From: Magnetococcales bacterium
GTDB taxonomy: Bacteria > Pseudomonadota > Magnetococcia > Magnetococcales > JADFWU01
Direction: 5' to 3'
DNA length: 64,000 nucleotides
Assembly (NCBI GenBank): GCA_015234045.1
Contig: JADFWU010000004.1
Coordinates: 43,045 to 107,044, forward strand
The translations under genes were made by a program, and so were the position numbers. The notes beneath the pieces were generated by a model, which was not told the DNA's origin, ran no database searches, and saw only the letters and a program-made list of their open reading frames with translations. Below, in pieces: positions 49,013-61,284 of this stretch (position 1 is its first letter; every line of letters begins with the position of its first letter).

Positions 49013-51871
49013 ATGCTGCTACTCCGATATCTTTCAGCCGCTGTTATACTGACACTCCTGGTCGTTGCCTTTACTGCTCCTATTCAGGCCAGCAGCCACG
49101 AATCAATTTCCCCTGGTCCTATCCCTTTATCTGACGAAGAAAAGCGTCATTTTAAACAAAAGGGTTCTATCACTATGTGCATTGATCCCGATTGGATGCC
49201 CTATGAACGGATTAATGACCAAGGCATCCATGTGGGCATGTCGGCAGATTATATGCAGATTTTTGAATCCCGCCTTGGCTTCCCGATCCGATTAATCGCC
49301 ACCAAAACCTGGAGTGAAAGCCTGTCATTTGCCAAAGAGCGCCGTTGTGATATTCTCTCTTTGCTCAATTCATCACCAGAACGCAGTAAATTTCTCAATT
49401 TTACCACACCCTACATAGAAGCACCCATCGTGCTGGTAACAAAGGATGATGTGACCTATCTGGAAGGCATTCCAGCATTGGGAAAACGCTCTCTGGCAAC
49501 CCCAAAAGGCTATATCTATGAGGAGCGGATAAAGCTGGATCATCCGAAAGTCAATCTCATCACTGTGCCCAATGTCCATGAAGGTTTGATGGGCGTGTCT
49601 CGCGGAGAGATTTTTGCGCATCTCGGTTCACTCTATGTGGTGGCAAACGAAATTCAACAATACCAATTGAGCAATCTGAAAATATCTGGCCATACCGAGT
49701 ACAATCACAAACTTGCCATAGGTGTTCGCAATGACGACCCGATCTTGCTTGAGGTGCTTGATCGTGTTGTCCGCTCGGTCGTGCCTCAGGAACATATTCA
49801 GATCAGGCGCACCTGGACTTCCACCCGTTTTGAACATGGCGTGGACTATGAACTCATCTGGAAAATTATCCTTTCCGCTCTGTTAATACTGGTTATCCTG
49901 CTCTATTGGAACCGTAAGCTGTCCAAACTCAACAACCAACTAAAAGAGAGTGAAGACCGCTACCGGACGCTGTTCCAACTGGCACCCGATGGTGTCCTTG
50001 TTCATAGTGATGGTACTATTCGTTATGTCAATGAAACTGCTGAAAAAATGCTTAATGCAGGTTCTGATCAAGAACTGATTGGCAAGGCTGTCCTGGATAT
50101 CATTCATCCCGACTCCCGAAAGGTGATATCCAAACGTCTTAAAGAGCTCCAACGTGGCAGCGGTTCTGTTGCGCCGCTCAGACATAAACTTCTTGCTCTT
50201 GACGGACAGTCTATTGATTGTGAAGCAAAAGGACGACGAATAACCCTGGACGGACAACCCGCTTCACTCACCATCTTACGCGACCTTTCTGAAACTGTCC
50301 GTATGGAAGAAGCGTTACAGTCCGCCAAAGAGTCCGCAGACGCTGCCAACCGTGCAAAAAGTGAATTTCTGGCCAATATGAGCCATGAGATTCGCACACC
50401 ATTGAATGCCATCCTTGGCATGGCCGAGTTGCTTTGTGAGTCCTCACTTTCGCAAGAACAAGCCAAATATGTCCGTATATTCAATAGCGCCGGTGAATCC
50501 TTACTGGGACTGATCAACGATATTCTTGACCTATCCAAAGTTGAAGCCGGTCAATTGAAGCTTGATCCGCTCCCCTTTAACCCCGTTGACTTGGTCGAAG
50601 ATCTTTTAGATGTGATGACCATCACCGCACAAGAGAAACATCTGGATCTTTTCTGCCGCTATGAACAAGATGTACCCATGCAGCTGATCGCCGATCCAAC
50701 CCGATTACGCCAAGTCTTGTTCAATCTGGTAGGCAATGCGATTAAATTTACCGAATTTGGTCATGTAGCAATATCGATTACTGTACGAAATGATCAGGAT
50801 GGTAAAGACCCCTCGCTTTACTTTGAAGTACAGGATACAGGCATCGGCATCCCCACATCCCAACATGAGGCTATTTTTGATACATTTTCTCAGGTGGATG
50901 CCACAATAACCCGCCGTTTCGGTGGCACAGGTCTCGGCCTGACAATTTGTAAACGCTTGGTTAACCTGATGGGTGGACACATCAGTATTGATAGCGCTTT
51001 AGGACGTGGTTCAACATTTCGTTTTTCCATGCCATTCAAAGAGCTGGACAGTCCCTCATCCGATCACCATGCACAGGCTAACAAACTGCATAATCGCTCT
51101 GTATTACTTGTTGGCGGCACGAAAACATCCAGCAAAGTACTCCAGAGAATCTTACAGGATGCCGGTGGCCAGATCACCGTTGCACCAAAAGCCAACATAA
51201 CCGATATAGCAGACCATGAATTAATTATCCTGGATGCCTCTACCCTTGATAAAAGAACATTTCAACTGATTGATCAACGCCCTGATCGCCAGCACAAACC
51301 GTGCATAATCCTGGGATTTGAAGAACAGGAAGAAGAACGCAACCAGGCAAAAGCACTTGATATTCCCTTCATCACTAAGCCTTATCGGCGTAGAAAACTG
51401 TTCCGTACCATTGAGATGACCATCGGACACACCGCCAGTCATCCACACACCACCCATGAAAAGAGCGAACACCCCACAGAGCAACGCTCGCTTCGTATTC
51501 TTTTGGTGGAAGATGTTCTGGATAATGCCATGCTGGTTGAGGCGTTCCTCAAAAAAACCTCGCACCAGTTGGATAAGGCTGAAAATGGTGCCATCGCCGT
51601 TGAGATGATTATGACTCATGCCTATGATTTGGTATTGATGGATATTCAGATGCCAATCATGGATGGTCATGAAGCCACACGGCGCATCCGTACCTGGGAG
51701 CGGGAAAACAACCGTTATCCCATGCCAATTGTCGCCCTGACTGCCAATGCCATGAAGGAAGATGAAATCGCCAGCCTGGAGGCTGGTTGCGATGCACAAC
51801 TCACTAAACCATTGCGAAAAAATCGCTTGATGTCCATGATTGCACAGTATAGTCGGAGCAATACGCCTTGA
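49013..51871 (+). CDS. hybrid sensor histidine kinase / response regulator with a periplasmic solute-binding (SBP family 3-like) sensor domain
   Basis: 952 aa. The order is signal/TM, an SBP-like domain, a TM helix, PAS, HisKA ([16 protein letters not shown]), HATPase ([13 protein letters not shown]), a degenerate receiver-like segment and a C-terminal REC ([27 protein letters not shown]). Confidence 0.92.
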   Translation: MLLLRYLSAAVILTLLVVAFTAPIQASSHESISPGPIPLSDEEKRHFKQKGSITMCIDPDWMPYERINDQGIHVGMSADYMQIFESRLGFPIRLIATKTWSESLSFAKERRCDILSLLNSSPERSKFLNFTTPYIEAPIVLVTKDDVTYLEGIPALGKRSLATPKGYIYEERIKLDHPKVNLITVPNVHEGLMGVSRGEIFAHLGSLYVVANEIQQYQLSNLKISGHTEYNHKLAIGVRNDDPILLEVLDRVVRSVVPQEHIQIRRTWTSTRFEHGVDYELIWKIILSALLILVILLYWNRKLSKLNNQLKESEDRYRTLFQLAPDGVLVHSDGTIRYVNETAEKMLNAGSDQELIGKAVLDIIHPDSRKVISKRLKELQRGSGSVAPLRHKLLALDGQSIDCEAKGRRITLDGQPASLTILRDLSETVRMEEALQSAKESADAANRAKSEFLANMSHEIRTPLNAILGMAELLCESSLSQEQAKYVRIFNSAGESLLGLINDILDLSKVEAGQLKLDPLPFNPVDLVEDLLDVMTITAQEKHLDLFCRYEQDVPMQLIADPTRLRQVLFNLVGNAIKFTEFGHVAISITVRNDQDGKDPSLYFEVQDTGIGIPTSQHEAIFDTFSQVDATITRRFGGTGLGLTICKRLVNLMGGHISIDSALGRGSTFRFSMPFKELDSPSSDHHAQANKLHNRSVLLVGGTKTSSKVLQRILQDAGGQITVAPKANITDIADHELIILDASTLDKRTFQLIDQRPDRQHKPCIILGFEEQEEERNQAKALDIPFITKPYRRRKLFRTIEMTIGHTASHPHTTHEKSEHPTEQRSLRILLVEDVLDNAMLVEAFLKKTSHQLDKAENGAIAVEMIMTHAYDLVLMDIQMPIMDGHEATRRIRTWERENNRYPMPIVALTANAMKEDEIASLEAGCDAQLTKPLRKNRLMSMIAQYSRSNTP

Positions 51872-52596
51872 GTCTCTCTTGGTTTTTGATTGGCCTGTTT
51901 CTCTATCTGGGCGCATTGATTCAAGGTGCCGTTGGCTTTGGTTTTGCCCTTGTAGCCGCGCCTTTAATTATGTTGTTCGAACCGCAATTGATACCCGGTG
52001 CGGTTATTATCGGTGGCTCTTCGTTGACCTTGGCCATGTGCATTCAGGATGGACGTTATGCCGATTTATCCGGTGTTGGATGGATTTTAGTTGGATTGAT
52101 TCCAGGCATGTTCCTTGGTGGCTGGGCCTTGATGGTTCTGCCGCCCCGTGAGACAGCATTGATGTTCAGTGTCGTGGTGCTGTTGGCAGTTGGTCTCTCT
52201 CTGTATGGATTCCCTGCCCGACCTATTCCCCATCATCTGATTCCCGCTGGTCTACTCAGCGCATTCATGAACGTCACCACCACCATGGGCGGTCCGCCTT
52301 TGGCTTTGATCTATCAAAATGTATCTGGCCCTCAACTACGCGGCACACTGGCGGTACTGTTTCTGCTCGGCAATATCTTATCTATCATTTCCGTCTGGCA
52401 GGCGGGAAAATTGGGCATGTTTCAGATCCAAGCCGGATTGATCATGATAGTCCCCATTTTATTGGGACTTTTTACCGCACGACGAGTGGTAAAATGGTTG
52501 GATCGTGGTCACACACGCGCTGCAGTACTGCTCATCGCAGGCAGCTCGGCACTCATCATCCTGGTTCGGGCCATATGGTTTCCTGATTCTATTTGA
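51868..52596 (+). CDS. TauE/SafE-family sulfite/anion exporter membrane protein
   Basis: 242 aa with 7-8 hydrophobic helices. GALIQGAVGFGFALVAAP is typical of TauE/SafE. The track start is a TTG that overlaps the kinase stop codon, so the start is uncertain. Confidence 0.8.
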   Translation: MSLSWFLIGLFLYLGALIQGAVGFGFALVAAPLIMLFEPQLIPGAVIIGGSSLTLAMCIQDGRYADLSGVGWILVGLIPGMFLGGWALMVLPPRETALMFSVVVLLAVGLSLYGFPARPIPHHLIPAGLLSAFMNVTTTMGGPPLALIYQNVSGPQLRGTLAVLFLLGNILSIISVWQAGKLGMFQIQAGLIMIVPILLGLFTARRVVKWLDRGHTRAAVLLIAGSSALIILVRAIWFPDSI

Positions 52597-52697
52597 ACTT
52601 GATATGTGCCATGCACTCAACAAACTCTATACCAGTACTTTTCCCGAATATTTCATGGTAAAATACCCGCCTTCACTCATTTAAGGAGAATATCCTC

Positions 52698-53180
52698 ATG
52701 GAACCATTGACCAATACAGCTGGGCAACCTGAGCCTATGTCCGATGGGTTTGATATTGCCTATCTGGAGAGCGCCCCAATCGTGCCTCTGGCTGATGCCG
52801 CTTGGCTGGCTGGACTGACTCCAGATGCGTTTACCGGATTCCTGAAGGATACCAATATTCCTTTGCTGAAAAACCCTCAGGGCGTTCAGTGTATTCGAAT
52901 CATTGAACTGATTCGTGCAGGATATGGCCTGTTAGGTCAGAAAGAGAGCCGCATTCTGATGTTGCGTATGCAACTTGAGAAGGCACTCAATCGAGAAAAA
53001 GAGTTGGTGGAGATCCTCGGCACTCAGGTCTCTCTCAAACCCGACCTAAGACCCACACCGGCCAAGCCAACACCGGACATGGCTGCCCCTTCAAATAAAG
53101 AACCCATGCCCACCAAAGGCAAAAAGGGAAAAAAAGGAAAAGCTGGAAAAGCAAGAAAAGGCAAGAAAAAGAATAAATAA
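52698..53180 (+). CDS. hypothetical protein with a possible HTH, a coiled coil and an extremely Lys-rich C-terminal tail
   Basis: 160 aa. AAGGAGAATATCCTCATG supplies a strong RBS. The tail reads TKGKKGKKGKAGKARKGKKKNK. Confidence 0.6.
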   Translation: MEPLTNTAGQPEPMSDGFDIAYLESAPIVPLADAAWLAGLTPDAFTGFLKDTNIPLLKNPQGVQCIRIIELIRAGYGLLGQKESRILMLRMQLEKALNREKELVEILGTQVSLKPDLRPTPAKPTPDMAAPSNKEPMPTKGKKGKKGKAGKARKGKKKNK

Positions 53181-53207
53181 CTTCCAGCACCTTAAACTAA
53201 GACATTA

Positions 53208-54071
53208 CTATCGAATCCACCATTTTACCTTGGCGGTTAATTCATTGGTTACCACGTTGGTGCTCAATCGTCCTTCAGTGTTGAATAACCGATAACGCAA
53301 CATACTCATCTGCCCATCCACGCGCACAGTAAATTCCACAACCGCTAATGCGCCGTAATTGTCGAACCCCTTACCGATTGGCATCAATGTTGGGAACGTT
53401 CTAATGCTAATGTCACTTCGATCAGGATGACCAAAATAGAGAATCGTGCGATGCAGAAAATAGGTCGCTCCATTGAACTCAAATGAGACCTTTACATCAC
53501 GATTACCTTCCAACAGTGACAAAAGATGTTCACGCTCATCCAATCCGTCTTCGCCGCTCTGATAGACACACCGCCAAGGTCTGTCATCAGTAAACCAACG
53601 GTAGTAGTGATACGGCGTTTTCTGTTCTGGATCAAATTTGGGCAGCATGGAAGAGATTGTCCGGTCACTACCGGGAAAGTGCGAACGCAGGGAGCCAAAA
53701 CCACGATCAGCAGCATAGATTAAAATGGATGAATAAGGATGCGCTTGTACTCCGGGTTCACTGGCAAAAGTGTATCTCTGAGCATTGATGGCAGCTGGGG
53801 AAGCAGTGTGAAACGGTTGCACACCAATGATATTATCCTTGGTGATGATCGTTGAAGGCAGCGGAATAATCTCTTCATACACATCCTCTTCTACCGCCAG
53901 GTTTAAATGCAAATTCTCCACATTGGGCAGAATATCCGATGAGCGTCCCGCAACCTGTACCCGCGCACCAAGACCGACACTCAGATCAGAACCATTGGTG
54001 ATTTGTTCCAACAGTGCTTCATAACTGCCCTGAAGTGCCGTACCCATTCCATCTGTTTCATAACTGAGCAT
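53208..54071 (-). CDS. hypothetical protein (287 aa), no family recognised
   Basis: A long ORF convergent with the preceding gene. No motifs recognised. Confidence 0.55.
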   Translation of the reverse strand: MLSYETDGMGTALQGSYEALLEQITNGSDLSVGLGARVQVAGRSSDILPNVENLHLNLAVEEDVYEEIIPLPSTIITKDNIIGVQPFHTASPAAINAQRYTFASEPGVQAHPYSSILIYAADRGFGSLRSHFPGSDRTISSMLPKFDPEQKTPYHYYRWFTDDRPWRCVYQSGEDGLDEREHLLSLLEGNRDVKVSFEFNGATYFLHRTILYFGHPDRSDISIRTFPTLMPIGKGFDNYGALAVVEFTVRVDGQMSMLRYRLFNTEGRLSTNVVTNELTAKVKWWIR

Positions 54072-54104
54072 TTTTTCTTTTCCTAATCAACTGAGTAACT
54101 TCCA

Positions 54105-55271
54105 CTACTTTTGAATAAATCGCTCTAAGCGCATTAAACCTTCTTCAACTCTTTCTGGACCAACCGCATAAGAGAAACGCACATGGACATTGGATCGATA
54201 TTGACCAAAATCCAATCCCGGAGTGATTGCCACACCCACATCATTCAATATAACTGTACAGAGCTGTTGTGCGTCATCCAAACCGGTTTTTTTTAATACA
54301 TGCGTTGCATCAGCATAAATGTAGAAAGCACCACGTGGCTCAACAGCAATGATAAAGCCCATATTTCTCAAGCGCGCTATCATAACTTGTCGATTTCGAT
54401 CATAAGCCGCCACCTGATCCAATAGTTGATCCTGACACCCAAAGACTGACTGTGCAGCATGTTGAGAAATTGTCGGCGCAGATATGAATAGATTCTGTGC
54501 CAATGCTTCCACAGCTTTCACGGCTTCATCAGGAACAATCATCCAACCCAAGCGCCAACCTGTCATGGCAAAAAACTTTGAAAATCCATTGATTACGATC
54601 ACATTATCGGAAAACGACAAAGCGGTCTGAGCCTGTTCACCATAGGTGATACCATGATAAATCTCGTCAGAGATCACCATACCTTTCGAGTGACCAACCA
54701 GCTCAATTACTTCTTTTAAAACTTTCGGCGCAATTAATGTTCCAGTTGGATTGGATGGACTGGTTATCAGAACACCCCGTATTCCCTTTTCAATCGCAGG
54801 TTTCAGAAGTTGAGCATCGAGTTGATATTCACTCTCTGGTCCCACCGGAATCAAGTACGGCTCACCACCAAGCATACGGATAATATTAGGATAGCAGGGA
54901 TAACCCGGATCAGTAATGGCTACACTATCGCCCGGATTGAGCAGGATACCAAAGGCCAGGATAAAAGCACCAGACGTACCTGGCGTTACAATAATACGAT
55001 GTATCGGTACAGAAACGCCGTATTGTCGATCATACCACTGTGCAATCTGCTTGCGCAGACTGGCCAAACCCCGCGCATCGGTATAGCGTGTCTGATCCTG
55101 CTCCAGAGCTTGAATACCAGCGTTGAGCACAGGCTGTGGCGTGGCAAATTCCGGCTCGCCTACCATGAAACGGACAATATCTCGCCCTTGGCCTTCCAAT
55201 GCCTTCACTTGTGCCAACACTTCCATTACATAAAACGGCTGAATCATAGAGAGTTTATCAGCCCACTGCAT
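54105..55271 (-). CDS. pyridoxal-phosphate-dependent aminotransferase, class I/II
   Basis: 388 aa. MVGEPEFATP, SPSNPTG, the FSKFFAMTGWRLGW (PLP-Lys) block and a C-terminal RFSY are present. Confidence 0.9.
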   Translation of the reverse strand: MQWADKLSMIQPFYVMEVLAQVKALEGQGRDIVRFMVGEPEFATPQPVLNAGIQALEQDQTRYTDARGLASLRKQIAQWYDRQYGVSVPIHRIIVTPGTSGAFILAFGILLNPGDSVAITDPGYPCYPNIIRMLGGEPYLIPVGPESEYQLDAQLLKPAIEKGIRGVLITSPSNPTGTLIAPKVLKEVIELVGHSKGMVISDEIYHGITYGEQAQTALSFSDNVIVINGFSKFFAMTGWRLGWMIVPDEAVKAVEALAQNLFISAPTISQHAAQSVFGCQDQLLDQVAAYDRNRQVMIARLRNMGFIIAVEPRGAFYIYADATHVLKKTGLDDAQQLCTVILNDVGVAITPGLDFGQYRSNVHVRFSYAVGPERVEEGLMRLERFIQK

Positions 55272-55305
55272 GCCAAACTCCTGAAAATTATCAACACTTC
55301 AATAT

Positions 55306-55347
55306 AAAAAAAAATCCCACCGAGTCAGACCCGGCAGGATTTTTTTA
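55306..55347 (-). terminator. probable rho-independent terminator of the porin gene
   Basis: On the minus strand, AAAAATCCTGCCGGG and CGGTGGGATTTTTTTTT form a G.U-containing stem followed by a long U-run. It lies about 25 nt downstream of the stop at 55373. Confidence 0.55.
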
Positions 55348-55372
55348 TGCGATCCATCACTGAAAACAGTGC

Positions 55373-56536
55373 TTAGAACTCAACGCCTAGCTGAAGTGTT
55401 GAGGTTTGCATATCATCACCGGTTCCACCTTCAGCAACTTCGAAGTCCTCAGAGTGTGCGAACTCAAAAGCAAGGCTGGTGTTCTCAAAGATACCAACAG
55501 AGGCAGCAGCCAACCATTTTGTCTCAGGAATACCAAGCGCAGCAGCATCATCAGCGCCCTGATAGCCAACTGCCAAGACTGTTTCCATGCCGGACAGTTC
55601 CAGGCTATAAGCCAACTCAACATTCCAAGCTTCAGGCTTTGTACCAGCCAGATTGGTAACAGCGGCATCAAACTCTTCAGCAGCGGCAAGATATTCGCCC
55701 ACCAACTGGAATTGACCAATGGTGGCGATACCGTAGACAGACCAGGCTCCAACCCGCTCATCCACAGCTACATCACCATGAGTATCAGCAACCAAATCGC
55801 CATCATCCAGACTGGAGATATAACTTACACCCGCTTCAAGACCAAAGCTGTCGGTCTCCATGCTGTAGCCAAGATTAGCACCAAACTGAGCGACAACATT
55901 ATCATCGCCATTTTTGTCTACATCGCCATTAAAAACGTAAACCGAACCATTGATACCATTGGATTCAAAACCAACCTGCACAATGTCTTCAACCGTTTCA
56001 CCCAATTCCAGGGTTACAGGATCGGAAACCAGATTGGTAGAAAAATTACCAAAAGGAACAGCGGTCTTACCAGCGGTTACAAACATGGGATTGCGCTCGG
56101 CATTACCGATGGTAATGGTAGCAGAGTCCAGATCCAATGTGGCACCATCTTCATAGAGCAGCACAACGTTTGCGTTGACCCAATCATTCACCTGAGCATC
56201 AATGGAAAGCTCCACCGTAGCAACAGCGATATCACTGGCAGTTGGTCCGCCGTAGCCATCATCACCATGGGAAGCTTCTACTTCCACCACACCACCGATG
56301 GAAACTTTGTCAGACCAGTTAGGACCAGCAACAGGTGCGGCCTCTTTCACAGCCTGCACTTCGGTCTGTGTTTCAGTGACTTGACCTTTCAGGCTTTCAA
56401 TCTCTTGTTGCTGGCGCTGAATGATCTGCCACATCTCAGCCTGAGAGGGCATACCTGTTGCCAAAGCTTGTCCTGCAAATCCTGTGGCCAGGGTCAGAGC
56501 GGCAATGCTTACCAAATGTTTTGCTGATTTCTTCAT
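55373..56536 (-). CDS. outer-membrane beta-barrel porin with an N-terminal coiled-coil segment (LbtU-like architecture)
   Basis: Signal peptide MKKSAKHLVSIAALTLATGFAGQALA, a coiled-coil stretch AEMWQIIQRQQQEIESLKGQV, alternating beta-strand pattern and a C-terminal LQLGVEF ending in Phe. The start is set at MKKSAK. Confidence 0.7.
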   Translation of the reverse strand: MKKSAKHLVSIAALTLATGFAGQALATGMPSQAEMWQIIQRQQQEIESLKGQVTETQTEVQAVKEAAPVAGPNWSDKVSIGGVVEVEASHGDDGYGGPTASDIAVATVELSIDAQVNDWVNANVVLLYEDGATLDLDSATITIGNAERNPMFVTAGKTAVPFGNFSTNLVSDPVTLELGETVEDIVQVGFESNGINGSVYVFNGDVDKNGDDNVVAQFGANLGYSMETDSFGLEAGVSYISSLDDGDLVADTHGDVAVDERVGAWSVYGIATIGQFQLVGEYLAAAEEFDAAVTNLAGTKPEAWNVELAYSLELSGMETVLAVGYQGADDAAALGIPETKWLAAASVGIFENTSLAFEFAHSEDFEVAEGGTGDDMQTSTLQLGVEF

Positions 56537-56735
56537 TATTCTTATCCGTTTTTTAGTTTCATCACGCAGCACTGTGTAAACAGACTGTCGAGCGTAAAAG
56601 CGCTACTCATAATCTTCGGCAATAAGGATATAGCTTTCCTTTATTGCTGGCAATGTTTCATGATTTCAATGCGCTTTTCACCATGGAGACAGTAATAACT
56701 GATCCACGGTGAAGCGCATCTTCTCAGTAAAAGCC

Positions 56736-58865
56736 CTAGAAGCTTTCAAACTCATCATCCATACCCATGGAACCAGAGTGATCAGGCAACGCAGCCATAG
56801 TCTGTGTCGGAGCAGCAGCTGTTGCGGTTGCCTTTGCAGCCGGTCTTGATGCTGTGCGCTGGTTATCCATTTTGAAGAAGGCAACCGCTTCATTGAGTAC
56901 ACGTGCCTGACTGGAAAGCTCTTCAGCAGTAGCTGCCATCTCTTCGGACGCACCTGCATTTTGCTGAATGACTTGATCCAGGCTTTGCAGAGCGTTATTG
57001 ATTTGCTCACCACCGGTATTCTGTTCCGATGTCGCAGCAGCGATTTCCTGAACCAACTCGGCGGTACGGCTGATATCTGGAACCAGCTTATCAAGCATGG
57101 CACCGGCCTTTTCTGACAATTCCATACTGGAGCTGGAGAGCGTACCGATCTCACCGGCTGCCGTCTGACTGCGTTCAGCCAACTTACGCACTTCAGCGGC
57201 CACAACCGCAAAGCCTTTACCATGCTCACCGGCACGCGCAGCCTCAATAGCCGCATTAAGCGCCAACAGATTGGTTTGACGAGCGATTTCTTCAATAATG
57301 GAGATACGTTCAGCAATCTCCTTCATGGCACCAACGGCTTCACCAACGGCTTTACCAGTCTCTTGAGCTGCATGAGCGGCTTGCTGAGAAGTTTTCTCTG
57401 TTTGGGCCGCATTGTCTGCATTGTTTTGGATATTGCCTGTCATCTGTTCCATGGAGGCGGAAGTCTCTTCAACAGAGGCAGCCTGCTCTGTCGCACCTTG
57501 AGAAAGCCCCTGAGAAGAGTTACTCAACTCTTCAGAGCCTGAAGAGACGAATTCTGAAGCCGATTTAACTGAACCAACAACCTGTTGGAGTCGATCCACC
57601 ATATTTTGCATGGCTTGAAGCAACTGACCAACCTCATCCTTTCCTGTCACATCCACATGAACAGTCAGATCTCCAGCAGCCAAGCTGTTTGCAACACTCA
57701 GTGCCTGACCCAATCCGCTCACAAGCATCTTAGTCGCTACCAAGCCAAGAATAATCGCCAACAAGAATCCCAGCACGATACCAACAATGTTTTGGGTAGT
57801 AGCATCAGAGGCAGTTGCACGAGAAACCTCTCCGGCATCCGTCATAAGACCATTAGCCAAATGGACAATTTCTTCAAGCAGGGTCAATAACTCTTCACCA
57901 ACCTCATCAGCTTGCTTATCTTGAACACCACGAGCCTCAACAGTATTGGCAAGTTCCGTATGTGCATCCATGAAACGTTTGACAGAACCTTGGAAGGTCT
58001 GATCATGGACACCATCAAGATCATCAAGCATTGCTGCCAAATCAGGCACATCGACCTTGGCAATCATACCTTCATCTGTCTGAGCACCGTTTTTCAATGC
58101 GTTAACCCAGACATCAAATTCATCCAAGGTAGCTTGGTAACGCTGTTTCGGCTCTGACGCTTCATCAGGCGTGGCAGCCTGAGCATACTCTTCAATAGCG
58201 ATACGGCTCATGGAAATAGTGGTTTTGATCTCCATAGCCAGATCTGTCCAGGTAATTTCCTTGTTGAGGATTTCATCACCGGAAGCACCATCAGCCAACC
58301 GCGCATCAATACGATCCTTCACCTTGCCTTCGAATTTCTCGGCCAGTTCAATTACCTGATCAAAGGCTTGCTCCATGCCCACCATTGACTCTTCCAGGCT
58401 CTTTTCATATTTGAAAATTTTGCTGGACAATTCATAGATACCACGAATACCGGGTTGAAACTTATCGTCATGGAAGGATTGGGCTTGTTGGACGATACGC
58501 CGTAATTCTGCGTTATCTGTCGCATAAAACACTTCACCCGACACAGTACCACCCTGAAGAATGGCTTCGCCGTGGTCATCAAACATTTTAACAAGGTTTT
58601 CATGCTCTTGCCAAACATCCCTGAGTTCTCCGTCATCACCAGAGGCCAGAAGCTCCATGATCATCTGCATATCCCGAGCAACCGAAATACGCATGGACAT
58701 GGCACCATCCACCAACGGTGCAGTCTGAAGAATGCGCTCTGTTGAAGCACTCATGCTGTTGGTATTGCGGTAGCCCAAGCCACCCACAACCAGCAGGATA
58801 AACGCGATAATCAAAAATGAGGCAATCAGTTTGGTACCAATTTTGAGGTCCTGGATACTCGGCAT
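56736..58865 (-). CDS. methyl-accepting chemotaxis protein
   Basis: 709 aa. It has two TM helices around a large helical periplasmic domain, a HAMP domain, and the highly conserved signalling hairpin [40 protein letters not shown]. Confidence 0.93.
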   Translation of the reverse strand: MPSIQDLKIGTKLIASFLIIAFILLVVGGLGYRNTNSMSASTERILQTAPLVDGAMSMRISVARDMQMIMELLASGDDGELRDVWQEHENLVKMFDDHGEAILQGGTVSGEVFYATDNAELRRIVQQAQSFHDDKFQPGIRGIYELSSKIFKYEKSLEESMVGMEQAFDQVIELAEKFEGKVKDRIDARLADGASGDEILNKEITWTDLAMEIKTTISMSRIAIEEYAQAATPDEASEPKQRYQATLDEFDVWVNALKNGAQTDEGMIAKVDVPDLAAMLDDLDGVHDQTFQGSVKRFMDAHTELANTVEARGVQDKQADEVGEELLTLLEEIVHLANGLMTDAGEVSRATASDATTQNIVGIVLGFLLAIILGLVATKMLVSGLGQALSVANSLAAGDLTVHVDVTGKDEVGQLLQAMQNMVDRLQQVVGSVKSASEFVSSGSEELSNSSQGLSQGATEQAASVEETSASMEQMTGNIQNNADNAAQTEKTSQQAAHAAQETGKAVGEAVGAMKEIAERISIIEEIARQTNLLALNAAIEAARAGEHGKGFAVVAAEVRKLAERSQTAAGEIGTLSSSSMELSEKAGAMLDKLVPDISRTAELVQEIAAATSEQNTGGEQINNALQSLDQVIQQNAGASEEMAATAEELSSQARVLNEAVAFFKMDNQRTASRPAAKATATAAAPTQTMAALPDHSGSMGMDDEFESF

Positions 58866-59139
58866 GAAACAACCCTCCCCCGGGCACTACCCATTGTGCG
58901 AATGATAAACGTTACTTATTACACATAAATAAATAAACAATGAACAAGATTCACACTTTATGCGTCAATGTTGACATTGGTCAAGAGTTTAGAATAAGTT
59001 ATTAATTTTTTTTGTTCTTAATTATATTTTTTTATACATACGCTTGGATTTCCAACATATTGTTATTATTTTGAGTTATGTTAAATTTAGGAGTTACACA
59101 GTTGAATAAGTACAGTTAGCCGTCATTTCTTAAGTGTGC

Positions 59140-61155
59140 TCAGAATAGCAATGCGCGCTTTTCCAAATCAATAATTTTATCTCTATAAATCGCAGCCAAT
59201 TCAAACTCCATCCGTTCAGCAGCCTGACGCATCTGTTTTTCCGTTTTTTTAATTTCCTTCTCAATTTCTTTGGCACTGAAGAGACTCGACTTGCCTGAAG
59301 TTGACACCCCCTTCTGCGTGCGTTTGTCACTCTGTGAAGCATCACTACCTTGAAATAGCGCTGTGAGTGTGTTGGACACCTCTTTTATTACTGATTTTGG
59401 TGTAATACCATGTTTTTTATTATAATTTTCTTGAATTACTCGGCGTCGTTTTGTCTCATCCAGCGCATGTTTCATGGAACGGGTGATCTTATCGGCATAG
59501 AGAATGACCCGACCATCAACATTGCGTGCAGCACGACCGATTGTCTGAATTAATGCCGTCTCTGAACGCAGAAATCCTTCCTTATCCGCATCCAAGATAG
59601 CGATCAACCCAACTTCAGGTATGTCCAAACCTTCTCTGAGCAGATTGATACCCACCAGAACATCGAATTCACCAAGTCGCAGATCCTGGATGATTTCCAT
59701 TCTCTCCAACGTATCAATATCTGAATGGAGATAGCGCACGGCAATATTGAGATCTTTGAGATAATCAGTCAGATCCTCTGACATTTTCTTGGTCAGCGTT
59801 GTAACCAAAATCCGATAACCTTGTGCCTTGGTTTTACGAATCTCTTCCAGGAGATCATCCACCTGCGTCTCAACTGGCCGGACTTCGCACGGCGGATCAA
59901 GAAGTCCGGTTGGTCTGATCAACTGTTCAACGACCACACCATTGGTGCGATCCAGTTCAAAGTTACCCGGCGTTGCAGAAACAAAAACGGTTTGAGGGCG
60001 CATTTGATCCCACTCATCAAACATCAATGGCCGGTTATCCATGGCAGACGGCAGACGAAAGCCATGGTTGACCAATGTCTCTTTGCGTGATCGATCACCA
60101 CGATACATACCGCGTATCTGCGGCACAGTGACATGGCTTTCATCAATAAAAACCAGCGCATCTTTGGGAAAATATTCAAACAGGGTTGGCGGCGGCTCAC
60201 CAGGTGATCGACCGGATAGAAAGCGACTATAGTTCTCAATGCCAGTGCAGTAACCAAGCTCCTGCATCATTTCAAGATCATAGCGTGTGCGACTCTCCAA
60301 CCGTTGAGCTTCCACCAGGAGATTATTTTTCTTCAACCACTCCAGCCGAGTGTGCAACTCGGCCTTGATCTCTTCCATGGCCCGAACAATGGTGGACCGT
60401 TTGGTTACATAGTGACTGGCGGGAAAAAAGGTGATGGAATCCCGATCATCATATTTTTCTCGGGTGAGTGGATCAACTTCAACAATTCTATCAATGATGT
60501 CACCAAACAACTCCAACCGAACCGCCCGACTCTCCTCGTGTGCTGGAAACACTTCGATGGTGTCACCTCGCACACGAAATCGACCGCGCTGAAAGTCAAT
60601 ATCATTTCGAGCGTACTGCATGGCCACTAACTTCTTCAGTAGATCACGCTGATCAATTTCATCACCTACATTTACCGTCACCCGCATTTCAAGATACTCT
60701 TCTGGCGAGCCAATACCATAGATACAGCTTACCGAAGAAACAATCACCACATCCCGACGAGAAAGAAGCTCTCGCGTTGCCGCGTGACGTAAACGATCGA
60801 TTTGTTCATTGATTGACGAATCTTTTTCTATAAACGTATCCGTACGCGCCACATAGGCTTCTGGTTGATAATAGTCATAATAGGAAACAAAATAGGCTAC
60901 CGCATTTTTTGGGAAAAAAGATTGCATCTCATTGAACAATTGACCAGCCAGCGTCTTATTATGAGCCAGAATCAGAGCCGGACGGTTGAGTTTCTTGATC
61001 ACCTGCGCCATGGTAAAAGTCTTACCTGAACCGGTCACACCGAGCAGGACCTGATCCTTTTTTTTATCCTCAATACCTTTAAGTAGTGCTTCGATAGCCT
61101 GTGGTTGATCGCCAGAAGGCTTAAAATCAGCATGTAGATGAAACTGAGCGTCCAT
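59140..61155 (-). CDS. uvrB: excinuclease ABC subunit B
   Basis: 671 aa. [27 protein letters not shown], the helicase motifs and the C-terminal UVR domain ([11 protein letters not shown]) are present. Confidence 0.97.
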   Translation of the reverse strand: MDAQFHLHADFKPSGDQPQAIEALLKGIEDKKKDQVLLGVTGSGKTFTMAQVIKKLNRPALILAHNKTLAGQLFNEMQSFFPKNAVAYFVSYYDYYQPEAYVARTDTFIEKDSSINEQIDRLRHAATRELLSRRDVVIVSSVSCIYGIGSPEEYLEMRVTVNVGDEIDQRDLLKKLVAMQYARNDIDFQRGRFRVRGDTIEVFPAHEESRAVRLELFGDIIDRIVEVDPLTREKYDDRDSITFFPASHYVTKRSTIVRAMEEIKAELHTRLEWLKKNNLLVEAQRLESRTRYDLEMMQELGYCTGIENYSRFLSGRSPGEPPPTLFEYFPKDALVFIDESHVTVPQIRGMYRGDRSRKETLVNHGFRLPSAMDNRPLMFDEWDQMRPQTVFVSATPGNFELDRTNGVVVEQLIRPTGLLDPPCEVRPVETQVDDLLEEIRKTKAQGYRILVTTLTKKMSEDLTDYLKDLNIAVRYLHSDIDTLERMEIIQDLRLGEFDVLVGINLLREGLDIPEVGLIAILDADKEGFLRSETALIQTIGRAARNVDGRVILYADKITRSMKHALDETKRRRVIQENYNKKHGITPKSVIKEVSNTLTALFQGSDASQSDKRTQKGVSTSGKSSLFSAKEIEKEIKKTEKQMRQAAERMEFELAAIYRDKIIDLEKRALLF

Positions 61156-61284
61156 TCTCTATTCCCTTACGGCAAAGGCTGTTCTATGCTACGTGCGTTC
61201 ATGGTCAAGGTGTTCATACTGTTTTACCTTGAATCAAACCATCAGGATAGGCTGATGGCACCCTTTTTCACCTAGGAGTATACA

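Noticed and set aside
61179-61194. A possible LexA/SOS box upstream of uvrB (CTGTTCTATGCTACGT).
   Set aside because: It matches CTGT-N8-ACAG only in the first half (ACGT instead of ACAG) and sits only about 24 nt from the start codon. I also looked for GTTC-N7-GTTC and CCT-N10-AGG type boxes in 61156-61284 and found only wrong spacings. This is not supportable without knowing the taxon-specific LexA motif.
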